A DNA stretch of 64,000 nucleotides, taken from positions 192,001-256,000 of the forward strand of contig CAWHDT010000001.1 in assembly GCA_963828195.1 (NCBI GenBank), in the 5' to 3' direction. Position numbers and translations under genes: made by a program. Position 1 is the stretch's first letter. Every line of letters starts with the position of its first letter. The stretch is from Candidatus Bathyarchaeota archaeon (GTDB lineage Archaea; Thermoproteota; Bathyarchaeia; Bathyarchaeales; Bathycorpusculaceae). Under the pieces are notes generated by a model. The model was not told where the DNA came from. It did not search any database and saw only the letters and a program-made list of their open reading frames with translations. Of the stretch, positions 21,611-31,471 are shown one piece after another.

Positions 21611-22003
21611 ATGAGCAGACCAGTTGATGTCGGAGAACTGCGGGTTGGCGGCTATATGATGATTGAGGGCGAACCCTGCAAAATAGTAGACATCGCGAAA
21701 TCGAAGCCTGGAAAACACGGCTCAGCCAAAGCAAGGATAGTTGCCATCGGCGTGTTTGACGGCCAAAAAAGGCAATTCGTTAAACCTGTTGATTTAGGCG
21801 CTGAAATTCCCCTAATAGATAAACGCGCTGGGCAAGTTTTCGCCATTAACCCGACTGGAGTCCAAGTGATGGATCTGGAAACCTACGAATACTTAGATGC
21901 GCCTTTCCCTGATGAGCCTGAACTCAAAGCTAAACTAGCTGCCGGCGCAGAAATTGAGTACTGGAAGATACTTGGAAGAGTAAAAATCGTCAGGGTAAAA
22001 TAA
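21611..22003 (+). CDS. eif5a: Translation factor aIF5A
   Basis: Hypusine motif SKPGKHGSAK. Confidence 0.96.
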   Translation: MSRPVDVGELRVGGYMMIEGEPCKIVDIAKSKPGKHGSAKARIVAIGVFDGQKRQFVKPVDLGAEIPLIDKRAGQVFAINPTGVQVMDLETYEYLDAPFPDEPELKAKLAAGAEIEYWKILGRVKIVRVK

Positions 22004-22151
22004 TCGGGGCACACTCCGCTACCGTGCATTTTCTATTATTTTCTTAAATTTTAGTTTTCAAAGTAACTTTTTTAAGCTTAAATTAAGCCCTCACCCAGAA
22101 AATCAATTAGAAACCAGCCCTGACTCTAAACAACCTCTCCTAAAGAAGGGT

Positions 22152-22329
22152 CTACTATTTGTGCCAAAAACCAGCCGCAAAAAGAAACAGGACAAAGAAG
22201 AAGAAGAAAAACGATTTCACGGAGCTTCTTCTTCTTTTAAAATTTTGCCAAGAAGAACAACATTTGTTTTCCGGGTGTTGTTGTTCTTTTAAATTTTAAA
22301 ATTTCTAACAAAACCCGCCACAAAAAGCC
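22152..22329 (+). repeat. ~180 bp dispersed double-inverted-repeat element, copy A
   Basis: AAGAAGAAGAAG-N18-CTTCTTCTTCTT then AAGAACAACA-N16-TGTTGTTCTT; aligns with reverse complement of 55966-56146. Confidence 0.85.
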
Positions 22330-22344
22330 GCTTTTACAGGTTAT

Positions 22345-22545
22345 TTAGCTCCACCATTTCCAGCCTGCCCGTTTGAAGCCAAGGTACATTGCTAAGAGAA
22401 TTAAACCCCAGCCCAACGGAATACTTGCGATTACAAGTATGAGGTTGGCTTTGAGGTAAGTGTAGCTTGCCCAGGCGCTTAAAACCGTTAAGCCGACAAG
22501 TAATAAAACAAAAATGCCTGCGTGGATTGCTCTTTCTGCCTTCAA
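22345..22545 (-). CDS. Small two-TM membrane protein
   Basis: 66 aa with two hydrophobic stretches and a basic/aromatic tail. Confidence 0.6.
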   Translation of the reverse strand: MKAERAIHAGIFVLLLVGLTVLSAWASYTYLKANLILVIASIPLGWGLILLAMYLGFKRAGWKWWS

Positions 22546-22633
22546 CTATTACACCAGTTGGTATTGTAGATTGTTTCGATGTTGTTAAAAGATTTTCCAT
22601 TAACATTTATGTTCTAGCTTGGAATCTTTGATG

Positions 22634-22703
22634 ATGAAGCCAATGATGCATGAAGAGCCGTCTGAATTGTGAAGATAGCTATAATGGGGAACTGAGGCTT
22701 CAT
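22634..22703 (+). ncRNA. Candidate box C/D guide sRNA
   Basis: Terminal stem ATGAAGCC/GGCTTCAT; C box ATGATGC 22643, D' CTGA 22662, C' TGAAGA 22670, D CTGA 22692; TTTAT ~25 bp upstream. Confidence 0.7.
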
Positions 22704-22835
22704 GTATAAGAACGATTGATCTTCAGGCAAAAATGGTCGTCTTAACGAATAATCGAATAAGTTAGGTGTTTCCTTTCGTTTTTGGCTGTAATCTTTATCT
22801 GAAAGGATTATAGATTGTTATGGCTGGAGACCCAG

Positions 22836-24185
22836 ATGGCACTCGACAAGCTCAGTTCTTCTCTGACAGATGCTATAAAAAAACTGTTTAAGGCTAGCGT
22901 AGTGGACGAAGCCGCAGTGAAGGAACTTGTCCGTGACATCCAAAGAGCCCTGCTTCAAGCCGACGTAAATGTTCAACTTGTCCTCGAAATATCCAAGCGC
23001 ATAGAAGAACGAGCTTTAAAAGAAAAAGTTCCCCCTGGCATTTCCAGACGTGAGCATGTAATCAAAGTTGTTTACGAAGAGTTAACGCGTTTTGTCGGCG
23101 ACAAGCCCGTTCCAATCAAAATGGAGCCTGGAAAAAGAAAACTCATAATGCTCGTGGGAATCCAAGGTTCAGGAAAAACAACTCACGCAGCAAAACTCGC
23201 GCGGTATTTCCAGAAAAGAGGCTTAAAGCCGGCGTTGATTTGCGCTGACACTTTTCGTCCGGGCGCGTTTGCTCAGCTTCAGCAGTTGGCTGCCCGAATA
23301 AATATTCCAATTTACGGCGACTTGAAAGCTAAAGACCCAATTAAAGTCGTTAAAGAAGGGTTAAAACAATTCAACGACAAGGACCTAGTAATCATTGATA
23401 CGTCAGGTAGGCACAAAGAAGAAAAAGATCTAATAAAAGAAATGAAGGATCTTGAAAAACACGTCAAACCTGACGAAGTCATAATGGTTATCGACGGCAC
23501 CATCGGTCAGCAAGCACTTATTCAAGCTAAAACGTTCCATGAAGCAACACCCATAGGCGCAATTATCGTAACTAAACTTGACGGCTCCTCACGTGGAGGA
23601 GGCGCGCTTTCAGCCGTAGCGGCAACAGGTGCTCCCATAAAGTTTATTGGTACAGGCGAAAAAATCGAAGACATCGAGCCGTTTATTCCATCGCGTTTCG
23701 TCGGTCGACTCCTCGGCATGGGCGATTTAGAAACGCTTTTGGAAAAAGTGCATGACGCTGAAATCAAGGTTCCACCAAAAAAGGCTAAGGAAATAATGAG
23801 CGGCAATTTCACCCTGACCGACATGTACGAGCAGTTTCAAGCTGTCAAAAAAATGGGGCCTTTCAGTAAAGTGCTAAAGATGTTGCCTGGCATGTCTTCT
23901 TCTGATATTCCGCAAGATATGCTCAATTCAGCTGAAGGCCGCTTGGATAAATGGGGCGTAATAATTCAATCCATGACCCCTAAAGAAAGGGATAACCCCA
24001 AAATATTGAATTCCAGTCGGGCAAGACGAGTGGCGCGCGGTTCAGGAGCAACGGAAAAAGAGGTTAAAGAACTCCTCAAGCAATACGTTATGATGCGTAA
24101 AATGCTAAAGACGTTTAAACGTAAAAAGAAACTGCCCTTCGGACTCGGCGGACAAGGAATGCCAGCTAACTTTCCAGTAGGCTAA
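22836..24185 (+). CDS. srp54: Signal recognition particle protein SRP54
   Basis: GIQGSGKTT, DTSGRH, TKLDG, GTGE, Met-rich M domain. Confidence 0.97.
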   Translation: MALDKLSSSLTDAIKKLFKASVVDEAAVKELVRDIQRALLQADVNVQLVLEISKRIEERALKEKVPPGISRREHVIKVVYEELTRFVGDKPVPIKMEPGKRKLIMLVGIQGSGKTTHAAKLARYFQKRGLKPALICADTFRPGAFAQLQQLAARINIPIYGDLKAKDPIKVVKEGLKQFNDKDLVIIDTSGRHKEEKDLIKEMKDLEKHVKPDEVIMVIDGTIGQQALIQAKTFHEATPIGAIIVTKLDGSSRGGGALSAVAATGAPIKFIGTGEKIEDIEPFIPSRFVGRLLGMGDLETLLEKVHDAEIKVPPKKAKEIMSGNFTLTDMYEQFQAVKKMGPFSKVLKMLPGMSSSDIPQDMLNSAEGRLDKWGVIIQSMTPKERDNPKILNSSRARRVARGSGATEKEVKELLKQYVMMRKMLKTFKRKKKLPFGLGGQGMPANFPVG

Positions 24186-24191
24186 GCGCAC

Positions 24192-25526
24192 ATGGATGTT
24201 TTAGAAAAAGCAATGGAGCTTCTTGGCAAATACCCCCTCTGCGACCACTGCCTAGGCAGACAATTCGCTTCACTTGGTTACAGCATGGAAAATAACGTTC
24301 GAGGCTCCGCATTAAAGATCAGCTTAACCATGCAAGCCAACGAACTCGCTAAAGAAGAAAACAAAAACGGAATCGGGCAACTTAAAATTTTAGCAACCAA
24401 TGGTTTTTCAAAAGAAGCACAGCAAACCATAAAACACCTCAAAAAACGCCTTCCCAAAGAAGCCTCAGAAACAACATGTTTCCTCTGCGAAAACAAATTT
24501 GAGCTTCTTGACGATTTAACTGAAAAATCCTTAAGCGCCCTTGCTGGCTACGAGTTTACCACTTTTCTTGTGGGGATTGAGTTGCCAGTTAAGGTTGAGG
24601 AACGCGAAGACGAGTTCAAGGCTGCCCTGAACCTTAGCTATAGTGAAAGTATCAAGCATGAGTTTGGACGATTATTCGGCAAAGCCCTTGCCGTCCGCAC
24701 AGGCAAAGAAGTAGATTACTTAGTGCCCGATGTAGTCGTAGTGGTGAACCCCTTCCAACAGCAAGTGAGACTCCAAATTAACCCACTTTTCGTCGGCGGC
24801 AGATACCGCAAGCTTGTGCGCGATATTCCACAGTCCAAATGGTTCTGCTCCAACTGTCGCGGAAGAGGCTGTGAGAAATGCGGTGGAACCGGCAAGCTGT
24901 ATCCGGAGTCAGTTGAAGAGCTCTCTTCAAAGCCTCTATTGGAAGCAACGGAAGGTGAAAAAACATCTTTTCACGCCTCCGGACGCGAAGACATCGATGC
25001 GCGAATGCTGGGAACTGGGCGACCTTTTGTTATAGAGATTTCTAAGCCTAAGAAACGCTTCATCGATTTGAAACAGACTGAAGCCAAAATCAACGCTGAA
25101 GCCGTTGGGAAGGTTGAGGTTTCACGATTGCGTTTCACCACTAAAGATGTGGTTAGGCGCCTCAAGAAGGGGGAAGGTGCACAGAAAGAATATCGGTTGT
25201 TAGCAGAATTTGAGAATGAGGTTTCCGACGAAGGTTTGCGCATGTTGGAGGAAAAGCTTACTGGGGCTTCAATAAATCAGCAGACGCCTATTCGGGTCAT
25301 GCATAGGCGGGCGGATTTAATCCGAGAAAGGTACATATATAAGTTTAAAGTTAGGAAGGTGTCGCTTAAGAGGGCCTTGATGGAAATTCGTTGCCAAGGA
25401 GGCCTCTACGTCAAAGAATTGGTGTCTGGAGATGAAGGAAGAACACTTCCAAATGTTTCAGATTTGCTTGGAAACAGAGGGAAGACGCTTAAACTTGACG
25501 TTCTTAAAGTAATAATGGATGATTAA
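24192..25526 (+). CDS. pus10: tRNA pseudouridine 54/55 synthase Pus10
   Basis: CDHCLGR, GGRYRK, SGREDIDARMLGTGRPF, GGLYVKEL. Confidence 0.95.
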   Translation: MDVLEKAMELLGKYPLCDHCLGRQFASLGYSMENNVRGSALKISLTMQANELAKEENKNGIGQLKILATNGFSKEAQQTIKHLKKRLPKEASETTCFLCENKFELLDDLTEKSLSALAGYEFTTFLVGIELPVKVEEREDEFKAALNLSYSESIKHEFGRLFGKALAVRTGKEVDYLVPDVVVVVNPFQQQVRLQINPLFVGGRYRKLVRDIPQSKWFCSNCRGRGCEKCGGTGKLYPESVEELSSKPLLEATEGEKTSFHASGREDIDARMLGTGRPFVIEISKPKKRFIDLKQTEAKINAEAVGKVEVSRLRFTTKDVVRRLKKGEGAQKEYRLLAEFENEVSDEGLRMLEEKLTGASINQQTPIRVMHRRADLIRERYIYKFKVRKVSLKRALMEIRCQGGLYVKELVSGDEGRTLPNVSDLLGNRGKTLKLDVLKVIMDD

Positions 25527-25538
25527 GGTGAAAATTAG

Positions 25539-25844
25539 ATGAGAGGTTCAAAAGGATTATACGCGGGCACCCGCAGTCTGCTTAGAAAGCCAACTCGAGA
25601 AAAAGGCAAGCCACACATTGGCAAAATACTTCAAGTGTATCAGCCCGGGGCTCAAGTGATAATTAGAATGGATTCTAGCGTACAGAAAAGTATGCCTCAT
25701 AAACGGTTCCATGGCAAAATAGGCACCGTAATCGAAAAGCGAGGCAGAGGATACGTGATAAGCGTGCCTCAAGGTAACAGCATTAAACAGATTATTGTCC
25801 GCTCTGAACATATCGAGTCGTATATGGGCAGTGGAGAAAAATGA
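25539..25844 (+). CDS. rpl21e: 50S ribosomal protein L21e
   Basis: MPHKRFHGKIG, IVRSEHI; conserved gene order. Confidence 0.95.
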   Translation: MRGSKGLYAGTRSLLRKPTREKGKPHIGKILQVYQPGAQVIIRMDSSVQKSMPHKRFHGKIGTVIEKRGRGYVISVPQGNSIKQIIVRSEHIESYMGSGEK

Positions 25845-26179
25845 GTAAACGAGAAGTAAGCGAAAGCCGCTTGACGTTGCCGCAGGTTAAAAAGATATTA
25901 GGCGACATTGGCGAGGAAAATCTAGACCAGTTCCAACGCCGAACACTTGACTATGTAAACAAGTTCTCCAAAGTCGATCCTGAAAAGGCGGAAGAGCTCT
26001 TACAAACTCTTGTAAAAGAATATGAAATTGACGAAGCTGAAGCGATACAGATTATAAATTCTATGCCCGAAAAAGTTGATGAGCTGAGGGTTTTCTTGGC
26101 TGGCGGTCGCAAGATTATTGAGACAGCGAAATTGCACTCTATAGTTGCGCTTTTGAATGAGAGTAGACTTTTGAAGTAG
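25841..26179 (+). CDS. rpo4: RNA polymerase subunit Rpo4 (F)
   Basis: LDQFQRRTLDYVNKFSK...IINSMP; follows L21e. Confidence 0.9.
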   Translation: MSKREVSESRLTLPQVKKILGDIGEENLDQFQRRTLDYVNKFSKVDPEKAEELLQTLVKEYEIDEAEAIQIINSMPEKVDELRVFLAGGRKIIETAKLHSIVALLNESRLLK

Positions 26180-26232
26180 CGGGAAACGGCTAAGTATTTT
26201 TAAGCAATAAGCGCAATAGACTATAGGGCTTA

Positions 26233-26808
26233 GTGACTGTTATGGAAAAGCGGTATGAAGAGTACGCTTACGTGTTAGATTTCCTGCCGCATGGCAAGCC
26301 AGGGTTCCGTCCTACCGGGCGCGCGGGTTACAGAGCGGGAGCTTTAATTCAATGTGTAGGCGAAGAGTTTTTCACGTTATTGGAGGCTTTGGTGAAAGAG
26401 GGTTTAATGCTTAAGCCAGGAGACCGCGTGTACGTAGGAAAAGACTCTCGCGAAGAAGTAACCTACATCATAGGCCGCGTCGGTTTTGAAGAGTTATCCG
26501 CATCCGCCAAAGCGGAGCTTCCGAGCGTGATAAGTCTCATAGTGAAGAACCGTGAAAAATGGTTTGTGAACTTTTTCAACACCGCCCGAGCAATTACCCC
26601 ACGCATGCACGCTTTAGAGCTTGTTCCAGGTATAGGGAAAAAATACATGTGGCAAGTAATCAACGAGAGAGACCGCAAGCCATTCGAGAGTTTTGAGGAT
26701 TTGCAGAAGCGTACTGAATTGCCTAATCCCGTAAAGCTGATTACTAAACGAGTTATGGAAGAACTTGATGGCGACAGCAAGTACCGATTGTTCACTAGGG
26801 CGCTGTAA
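26233..26808 (+). CDS. DUF655 family protein
   Basis: EEYAYVLDFL, FTLLE, HhH motif HALELVPGIGKK. Confidence 0.9.
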   Translation: MTVMEKRYEEYAYVLDFLPHGKPGFRPTGRAGYRAGALIQCVGEEFFTLLEALVKEGLMLKPGDRVYVGKDSREEVTYIIGRVGFEELSASAKAELPSVISLIVKNREKWFVNFFNTARAITPRMHALELVPGIGKKYMWQVINERDRKPFESFEDLQKRTELPNPVKLITKRVMEELDGDSKYRLFTRAL

Positions 26809-26819
26809 GGTATAACGCG

Positions 26820-27638
26820 ATGAGTCTTGAGGAAACGAAGGAGCTGCTTCGAACTTATCGAATTACCCCGAATAAGCTTTCGGGGCAGAATTTCATGGTC
26901 GCCTCCTCACTTTACGAGAGGCTGTGCAACTATGCCGCTCTCAGTTCTTCGGATGTGGTTTTGGATGCTGGAGCGGGATTTGGGTTTCTGAGTCGTTTCT
27001 TGGCTGATAAGTGCAAGGCTGTACTCGCGGTAGAAAAGGATCCGCAAGTTGCAAAAGCTCTCAGTGAACAGGTCAGAGACTGTGGTAATGTGGTGGTCAT
27101 AGAGGGCGATGTTTTGAAGGAAGTTTTGCCTGAGTTTAACAAGGTCATAGCGATTCCCCCTTACTATTTGTCTTCGCATCTTGTTACATGGCTTCTTGAA
27201 CGCAGAATTGAATGTGCGGTGATGATTTTACAAAAAGAATTTGCCAATCGACTGACAGCGGTCGCAGGTAGCGAGGATTACGGGTGGTTAACGGTATTAA
27301 CTTTTTTGCATGCAGGAGTTGAGCTTTTCGATGCGGTTCCCAAAGATATGTTTTATCCGCAGCCAGAAGTAGATTCGGTAATCGTTCGGATAAAGCCTCG
27401 GATTAAAAGTTCGGTTGAAATAAAAGATGAAAAGTTTTTAACTCAGATGCTTAAGTGGCTTTTTACACAGCGGAACAAGAAAGTAGGCAAAGCGCTTGCA
27501 CCATTTATCAAGTGCACCTTGAAAGTAAGCAAACAAGACGCCGAAAAACTGGCTCTTGCCCTGCCGTTTCACGATAGGCGTGCCCGAGAGCTTTCTCCCA
27601 AAGACTTCGGAGTATTGTCAAATGCCATTTCCAGTTAA
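26820..27638 (+). CDS. rsmA: 16S rRNA m6,2A dimethyltransferase KsgA/Dim1
   Basis: GQNF, DAGAGFG, PPYY, QKEFA, FYPQPEVDS. Confidence 0.93.
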   Translation: MSLEETKELLRTYRITPNKLSGQNFMVASSLYERLCNYAALSSSDVVLDAGAGFGFLSRFLADKCKAVLAVEKDPQVAKALSEQVRDCGNVVVIEGDVLKEVLPEFNKVIAIPPYYLSSHLVTWLLERRIECAVMILQKEFANRLTAVAGSEDYGWLTVLTFLHAGVELFDAVPKDMFYPQPEVDSVIVRIKPRIKSSVEIKDEKFLTQMLKWLFTQRNKKVGKALAPFIKCTLKVSKQDAEKLALALPFHDRRARELSPKDFGVLSNAISS

Positions 27639-28263
27639 GAGAGCGCATTTTGGAGATTACGTGTTTAACGTTTTTGAGAATGTTTACGAGCCTGCAGAGG
27701 ATTCCTATCTTTTCGCTGAAAACATTGATGTTGAAAAAGGCGCAAAGGTACTGGATGTCGGTATAGGCTGTGGCATCCTTGGAATAACAGCTGCAAAAAA
27801 AGCTGACATTGTTGTCGCGGTTGACGTAAATCCCTATGCTGTTTGCTGCGCCAGAGAGAATGCGGCGCTAAATAATGTGCTTGCTAAAATGGCGTTCATT
27901 CGAACTGACTTATTAACCGCTTTAAAAGAGAACGCAAAATTTGATTTGATCGTGTTCAACGCCCCGTATCTTCCTGCTGACGAGTGTGAAGAGACATCTT
28001 GGATCGGACGCTCATGGGCAGGAGGCATCAATGGACGGAAAGTTATAGACCGCTTCATCCCTCAAGCTTCACTGCATTTGAAACCCAGCGGTCAAATTCT
28101 CTTAATGCAATCTACGCTTGCAAATGTTGAAGAAACAATTAGCAAATTTGCTGCGTGCGGTCTTAAAGCAAGCATTAAAGCGGAGTGTAAACTGCCTTTT
28201 TTTGAGATTTTAACTCTTATTGAAGCAAAAAATGACTCTCGTGAGAAAGGCTTTTTGGTTTAG
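27622..28263 (+). CDS. HemK2/Mtq2 family protein methyltransferase
   Basis: VYEPAEDSYL, DVGIGCG, FNAPY, WAGG. Confidence 0.9.
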   Translation: MPFPVKRAHFGDYVFNVFENVYEPAEDSYLFAENIDVEKGAKVLDVGIGCGILGITAAKKADIVVAVDVNPYAVCCARENAALNNVLAKMAFIRTDLLTALKENAKFDLIVFNAPYLPADECEETSWIGRSWAGGINGRKVIDRFIPQASLHLKPSGQILLMQSTLANVEETISKFAACGLKASIKAECKLPFFEILTLIEAKNDSREKGFLV

Positions 28264-28314
28264 CTGAAAAGCAAATAAAGGTATAGTGTATTGAGTATTG
28301 TCGGTGATTGCAAA

Positions 28315-28644
28315 ATGACGATTTGGTTTTACGTTAAAACATCCGATGATTCAAAGGTTGTTGGGGATATTGTTTGCAGTTTTAACTTTACTCAGGGCAA
28401 GCATCCTGAAGATCAGTACTCTTGGATTATGCAGGTTGGGCGAGATGAGCCTGGCTATTGGGAAATCAGAGGCAAATACGCCGCCTTAAAGGACTTGACG
28501 GAAATAGGTATCGTTTACCGAATAGGCGACACTGTCGTTTTGGCAGAAATAGATGATGATTTAGCCCCGGACTTCCTTGACCCGTTAATTACGAAGTACG
28601 GGTTTGATAACGTCAAGTGGATTGTAGTTCCCAAAGTAAAATAG
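28315..28644 (+). CDS. Hypothetical protein
   Basis: Non-overlapping ORF from MTIWFY with protein-like composition. Confidence 0.7.
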   Translation: MTIWFYVKTSDDSKVVGDIVCSFNFTQGKHPEDQYSWIMQVGRDEPGYWEIRGKYAALKDLTEIGIVYRIGDTVVLAEIDDDLAPDFLDPLITKYGFDNVKWIVVPKVK

Positions 28645-28887
28645 TATTAAGGCTCCTACTTTTCTGTAAATGAAATTTTCCTCTTTTACTGCGAAATGTG
28701 GTAAATAGCTCGGGGGGTCGGTTTTGTGCAGGCTTGTTTTTGGATTGCTTTTTTTGGTTTAGGGTTTGAATCTTTTGCAGGTTAGGGTGCTAAAAGATAT
28801 GAAAAGGTCCGCTTCATGCAGATTTGCCATTAGACATTTCTTGGCGCTCACATTTCTAAGTTTTAAAACATAAGATGGAGGCATCGT

Positions 28888-29382
28888 TTATTGCTTGTCG
28901 TATTTCTCGAATTCATCATTCATGATTACTAGCCCGATGCCTGCTTGCTTGAACATCTCAATGCTGTCAGCATCTGCATGATAACGTTTTTCGCAGACAA
29001 CCTTTTTGATGCCCGCGTTAATTATCATCATCGCGCAGGTTCGACAGGGCGTCATTTTGCAGAAAAGCGTGGCTCCCTCAAGAGGTATCCCAAACCTCGC
29101 GGCTTGAATAATGGCGTTTTGTTCAGCATGAAGAGTGCGTACGCAATGCTGGGTTACGTTGCCGTTGCTGTCAAACACTTTGCGGAAGTCGTGCCCAACC
29201 TCATCGCAGTGGGACAAACCCGCAGGAGCGCCGACATACCCAGTGGTCATAATCCTTTTGTCCTTAACGATTACGCAACCGCTTCTGCCACGGTCACAGG
29301 TAGCACGCTTAGCCACAGCTTCGCACAAATCCAAGAAGTATCTATCCCAATCAGGCCTCGAATAATCAACCAACAGCTTCAT
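28888..29382 (-). CDS. dCMP deaminase family protein
   Basis: RPDWDRYF, HAEQNA, PCRTC. Confidence 0.92.
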   Translation of the reverse strand: MKLLVDYSRPDWDRYFLDLCEAVAKRATCDRGRSGCVIVKDKRIMTTGYVGAPAGLSHCDEVGHDFRKVFDSNGNVTQHCVRTLHAEQNAIIQAARFGIPLEGATLFCKMTPCRTCAMMIINAGIKKVVCEKRYHADADSIEMFKQAGIGLVIMNDEFEKYDKQ

Positions 29383-29441
29383 GCCTCAACCCGATTAGTT
29401 CCTTAAAACAAATTAATAATCGTATCTGAAAATTAAACGGC

Positions 29442-30740
29442 TTATTTTTGGTAAATGTGAATTTCCCTACAAATCTTATGCCGCTCATCAACCTCAACTA
29501 GAGACGGTGCCTCGATCAGCTCTTCAAGACGTCCAGCATCTTCAGAAAACATGTCTTTGGTGAAAGGCTGAATTCTTCTAAAGCCTAAATCTTCAAGTTT
29601 CTCACCGATAGGCATAGTTACTGATTGTCCCGAACGCGTTATGATGTAAGGTGTCACAAGGACCAACCGTCCGCCTTTTTGCAGCACTCTGTATGCTTCT
29701 TGAACGAAAGTAAAGTAGAGGGGCTCAAGCTTCTGGATAATCTTTAGTGCGTATGGTCCCGTAGGCACTTGACGTAAAGCTGGACCCAAATCAGGCTCAG
29801 TGACGATGCAATCTACTGTTTCTTGCCCAATTTTCTCAGTCAACCTTTCGATATTTCCCTGAACAACCCTGAACTCCGCATCCTCAAGACTATATTCTCT
29901 TCTGATCCACTCAAGATTTTCATGGGCAGCTTTAACACACCAAGGATTAACATCTAACCCAACAACCTTTGCCCTCTCAAGGAGTGCTTCCTGAAGAATT
30001 GTGCCAACGCCGCAGAACGGGTCAAGCAGAACTTTTCTCGGCTTACAAGCGCATAAGTTAACCATTATTCTGGCTAACCTTGGCGGTATGGCAAAAATTT
30101 TGCGTTGATTAGGCTTGTAGATGTCTCTTTTTTGAAATTCAAACGGATTGTGCACGGCAACAGTGGTTGCAACCCAAGTCTCTTCCCTGCCAATGCACAA
30201 CAACACTTCCGATTTATTTTCTACCAAATTCTTCTTTAAAACTTCAACATGGCTAAGCTGAGCGAATCTTCTATCTTTTGAAAAACCCATAAACTTGGAT
30301 TTTTTGCCATACCCAGCTAACTCATCTTTCACTGAGCTTCCGACGAACCGCTGAACTGCCCCAGATAATGGACGTAACGTTTTTTCGGTGCAGTAGACGC
30401 TTACCCCGAAAAGCACTTTTTCGGCAGACTTTGCCATCTCGTCAACTATACCGCTTGATGATAACGATGCAGCTATTTGCGATTGGGCTTTCTTGTTTCT
30501 TTCAAGAAACGCTTCTTTAACTGTTAGAGTGGGAAACTTTGCTTTGGCTTCGCCTATTTTTATAGTTCCTCCTAAGTCCTCGATGGCAAAAGTGCCCACG
30601 CTTTCTTCAACGTTGACTGCAAAGAATTCTTTGGAAAAAAATTGTACTTCAAATTTGATTTCTCTATCTTTCAAGTAGGAGGTAATCTCCGCTAACGAAA
30701 GCCTCCAGTTTTTCCCTGAAATAAACAGCTGTATTGTCAT
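29442..30740 (-). CDS. Trm11/TrmG10-like tRNA methyltransferase
   Basis: PPRLARIMVNL, LDPFCGVGT, TEPDLG. Confidence 0.82.
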   Translation of the reverse strand: MTIQLFISGKNWRLSLAEITSYLKDREIKFEVQFFSKEFFAVNVEESVGTFAIEDLGGTIKIGEAKAKFPTLTVKEAFLERNKKAQSQIAASLSSSGIVDEMAKSAEKVLFGVSVYCTEKTLRPLSGAVQRFVGSSVKDELAGYGKKSKFMGFSKDRRFAQLSHVEVLKKNLVENKSEVLLCIGREETWVATTVAVHNPFEFQKRDIYKPNQRKIFAIPPRLARIMVNLCACKPRKVLLDPFCGVGTILQEALLERAKVVGLDVNPWCVKAAHENLEWIRREYSLEDAEFRVVQGNIERLTEKIGQETVDCIVTEPDLGPALRQVPTGPYALKIIQKLEPLYFTFVQEAYRVLQKGGRLVLVTPYIITRSGQSVTMPIGEKLEDLGFRRIQPFTKDMFSEDAGRLEELIEAPSLVEVDERHKICREIHIYQK

Positions 30741-30907
30741 CTGGAAAAGAAAAGATAACCTGAGTATATAAGAAATAACGCCGCTGTTCAATTGAACAAA
30801 TGGTTAAAGTGGATAATTAGGAATTAAAAAATTGACGCGAAGGTTTACCGTGAAGTTGCAAATCGTTTAAATACCGCTGAATGAGTATGCTAAAAAGGGA
30901 CGTTTGT

Positions 30908-31471
30908 ATGCACGCACGAAATTATAGGCACGTTAAAAATCGGGCCTACACAAGAAAAGAGTACGCTAGAGGTTTTCCGCCCCCAAAAATAGTGAAGTTC
31001 ACTATGGGCGATACGAAAGGCACTTTTGATTGGGAAGCAAAATTAATAGCTTTGGAACGGGCTCAAATACGTCACAGCGCCTTAGAAGCAGCACGTGTAG
31101 CTACAAACCGCGTCTTGATTGATAAACTCATCAATGATTATCTTATGGTTGTTCATCCGTATCCTCACATTATCCTGAGAGAAAACAAGATGATTTTCGG
31201 TGCACACGCCGACCGACTTCAACAGGGAATGAGACGCTCCTTCGGAACAGCTATAGGCACTGCCGCAAAGGTAGAAGTGGGACAACCCATAATAACAGTC
31301 AAAGTAAAAGCTTCGGCTGCTGAAACGGCTAAAGAATCGCTCAAACGGGGAAGCGCAAAGCTTCCTATACCTTGCAGAATAGTAATCTCCAAAATCGAAG
31401 CTCCTCAAGAAGTAGAATTGCCTGATGAAGCTGAGGCGGCCGAACCGGAGACGGAGTCCCTTGAGAGTTAA
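30908..31471 (+). CDS. rpl10e: 50S ribosomal protein L10e (uL16)
   Basis: ALEAAR, YPHIILRENKM, ADRLQQGMRRSFG. Confidence 0.96.
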   Translation: MHARNYRHVKNRAYTRKEYARGFPPPKIVKFTMGDTKGTFDWEAKLIALERAQIRHSALEAARVATNRVLIDKLINDYLMVVHPYPHIILRENKMIFGAHADRLQQGMRRSFGTAIGTAAKVEVGQPIITVKVKASAAETAKESLKRGSAKLPIPCRIVISKIEAPQEVELPDEAEAAEPETESLES

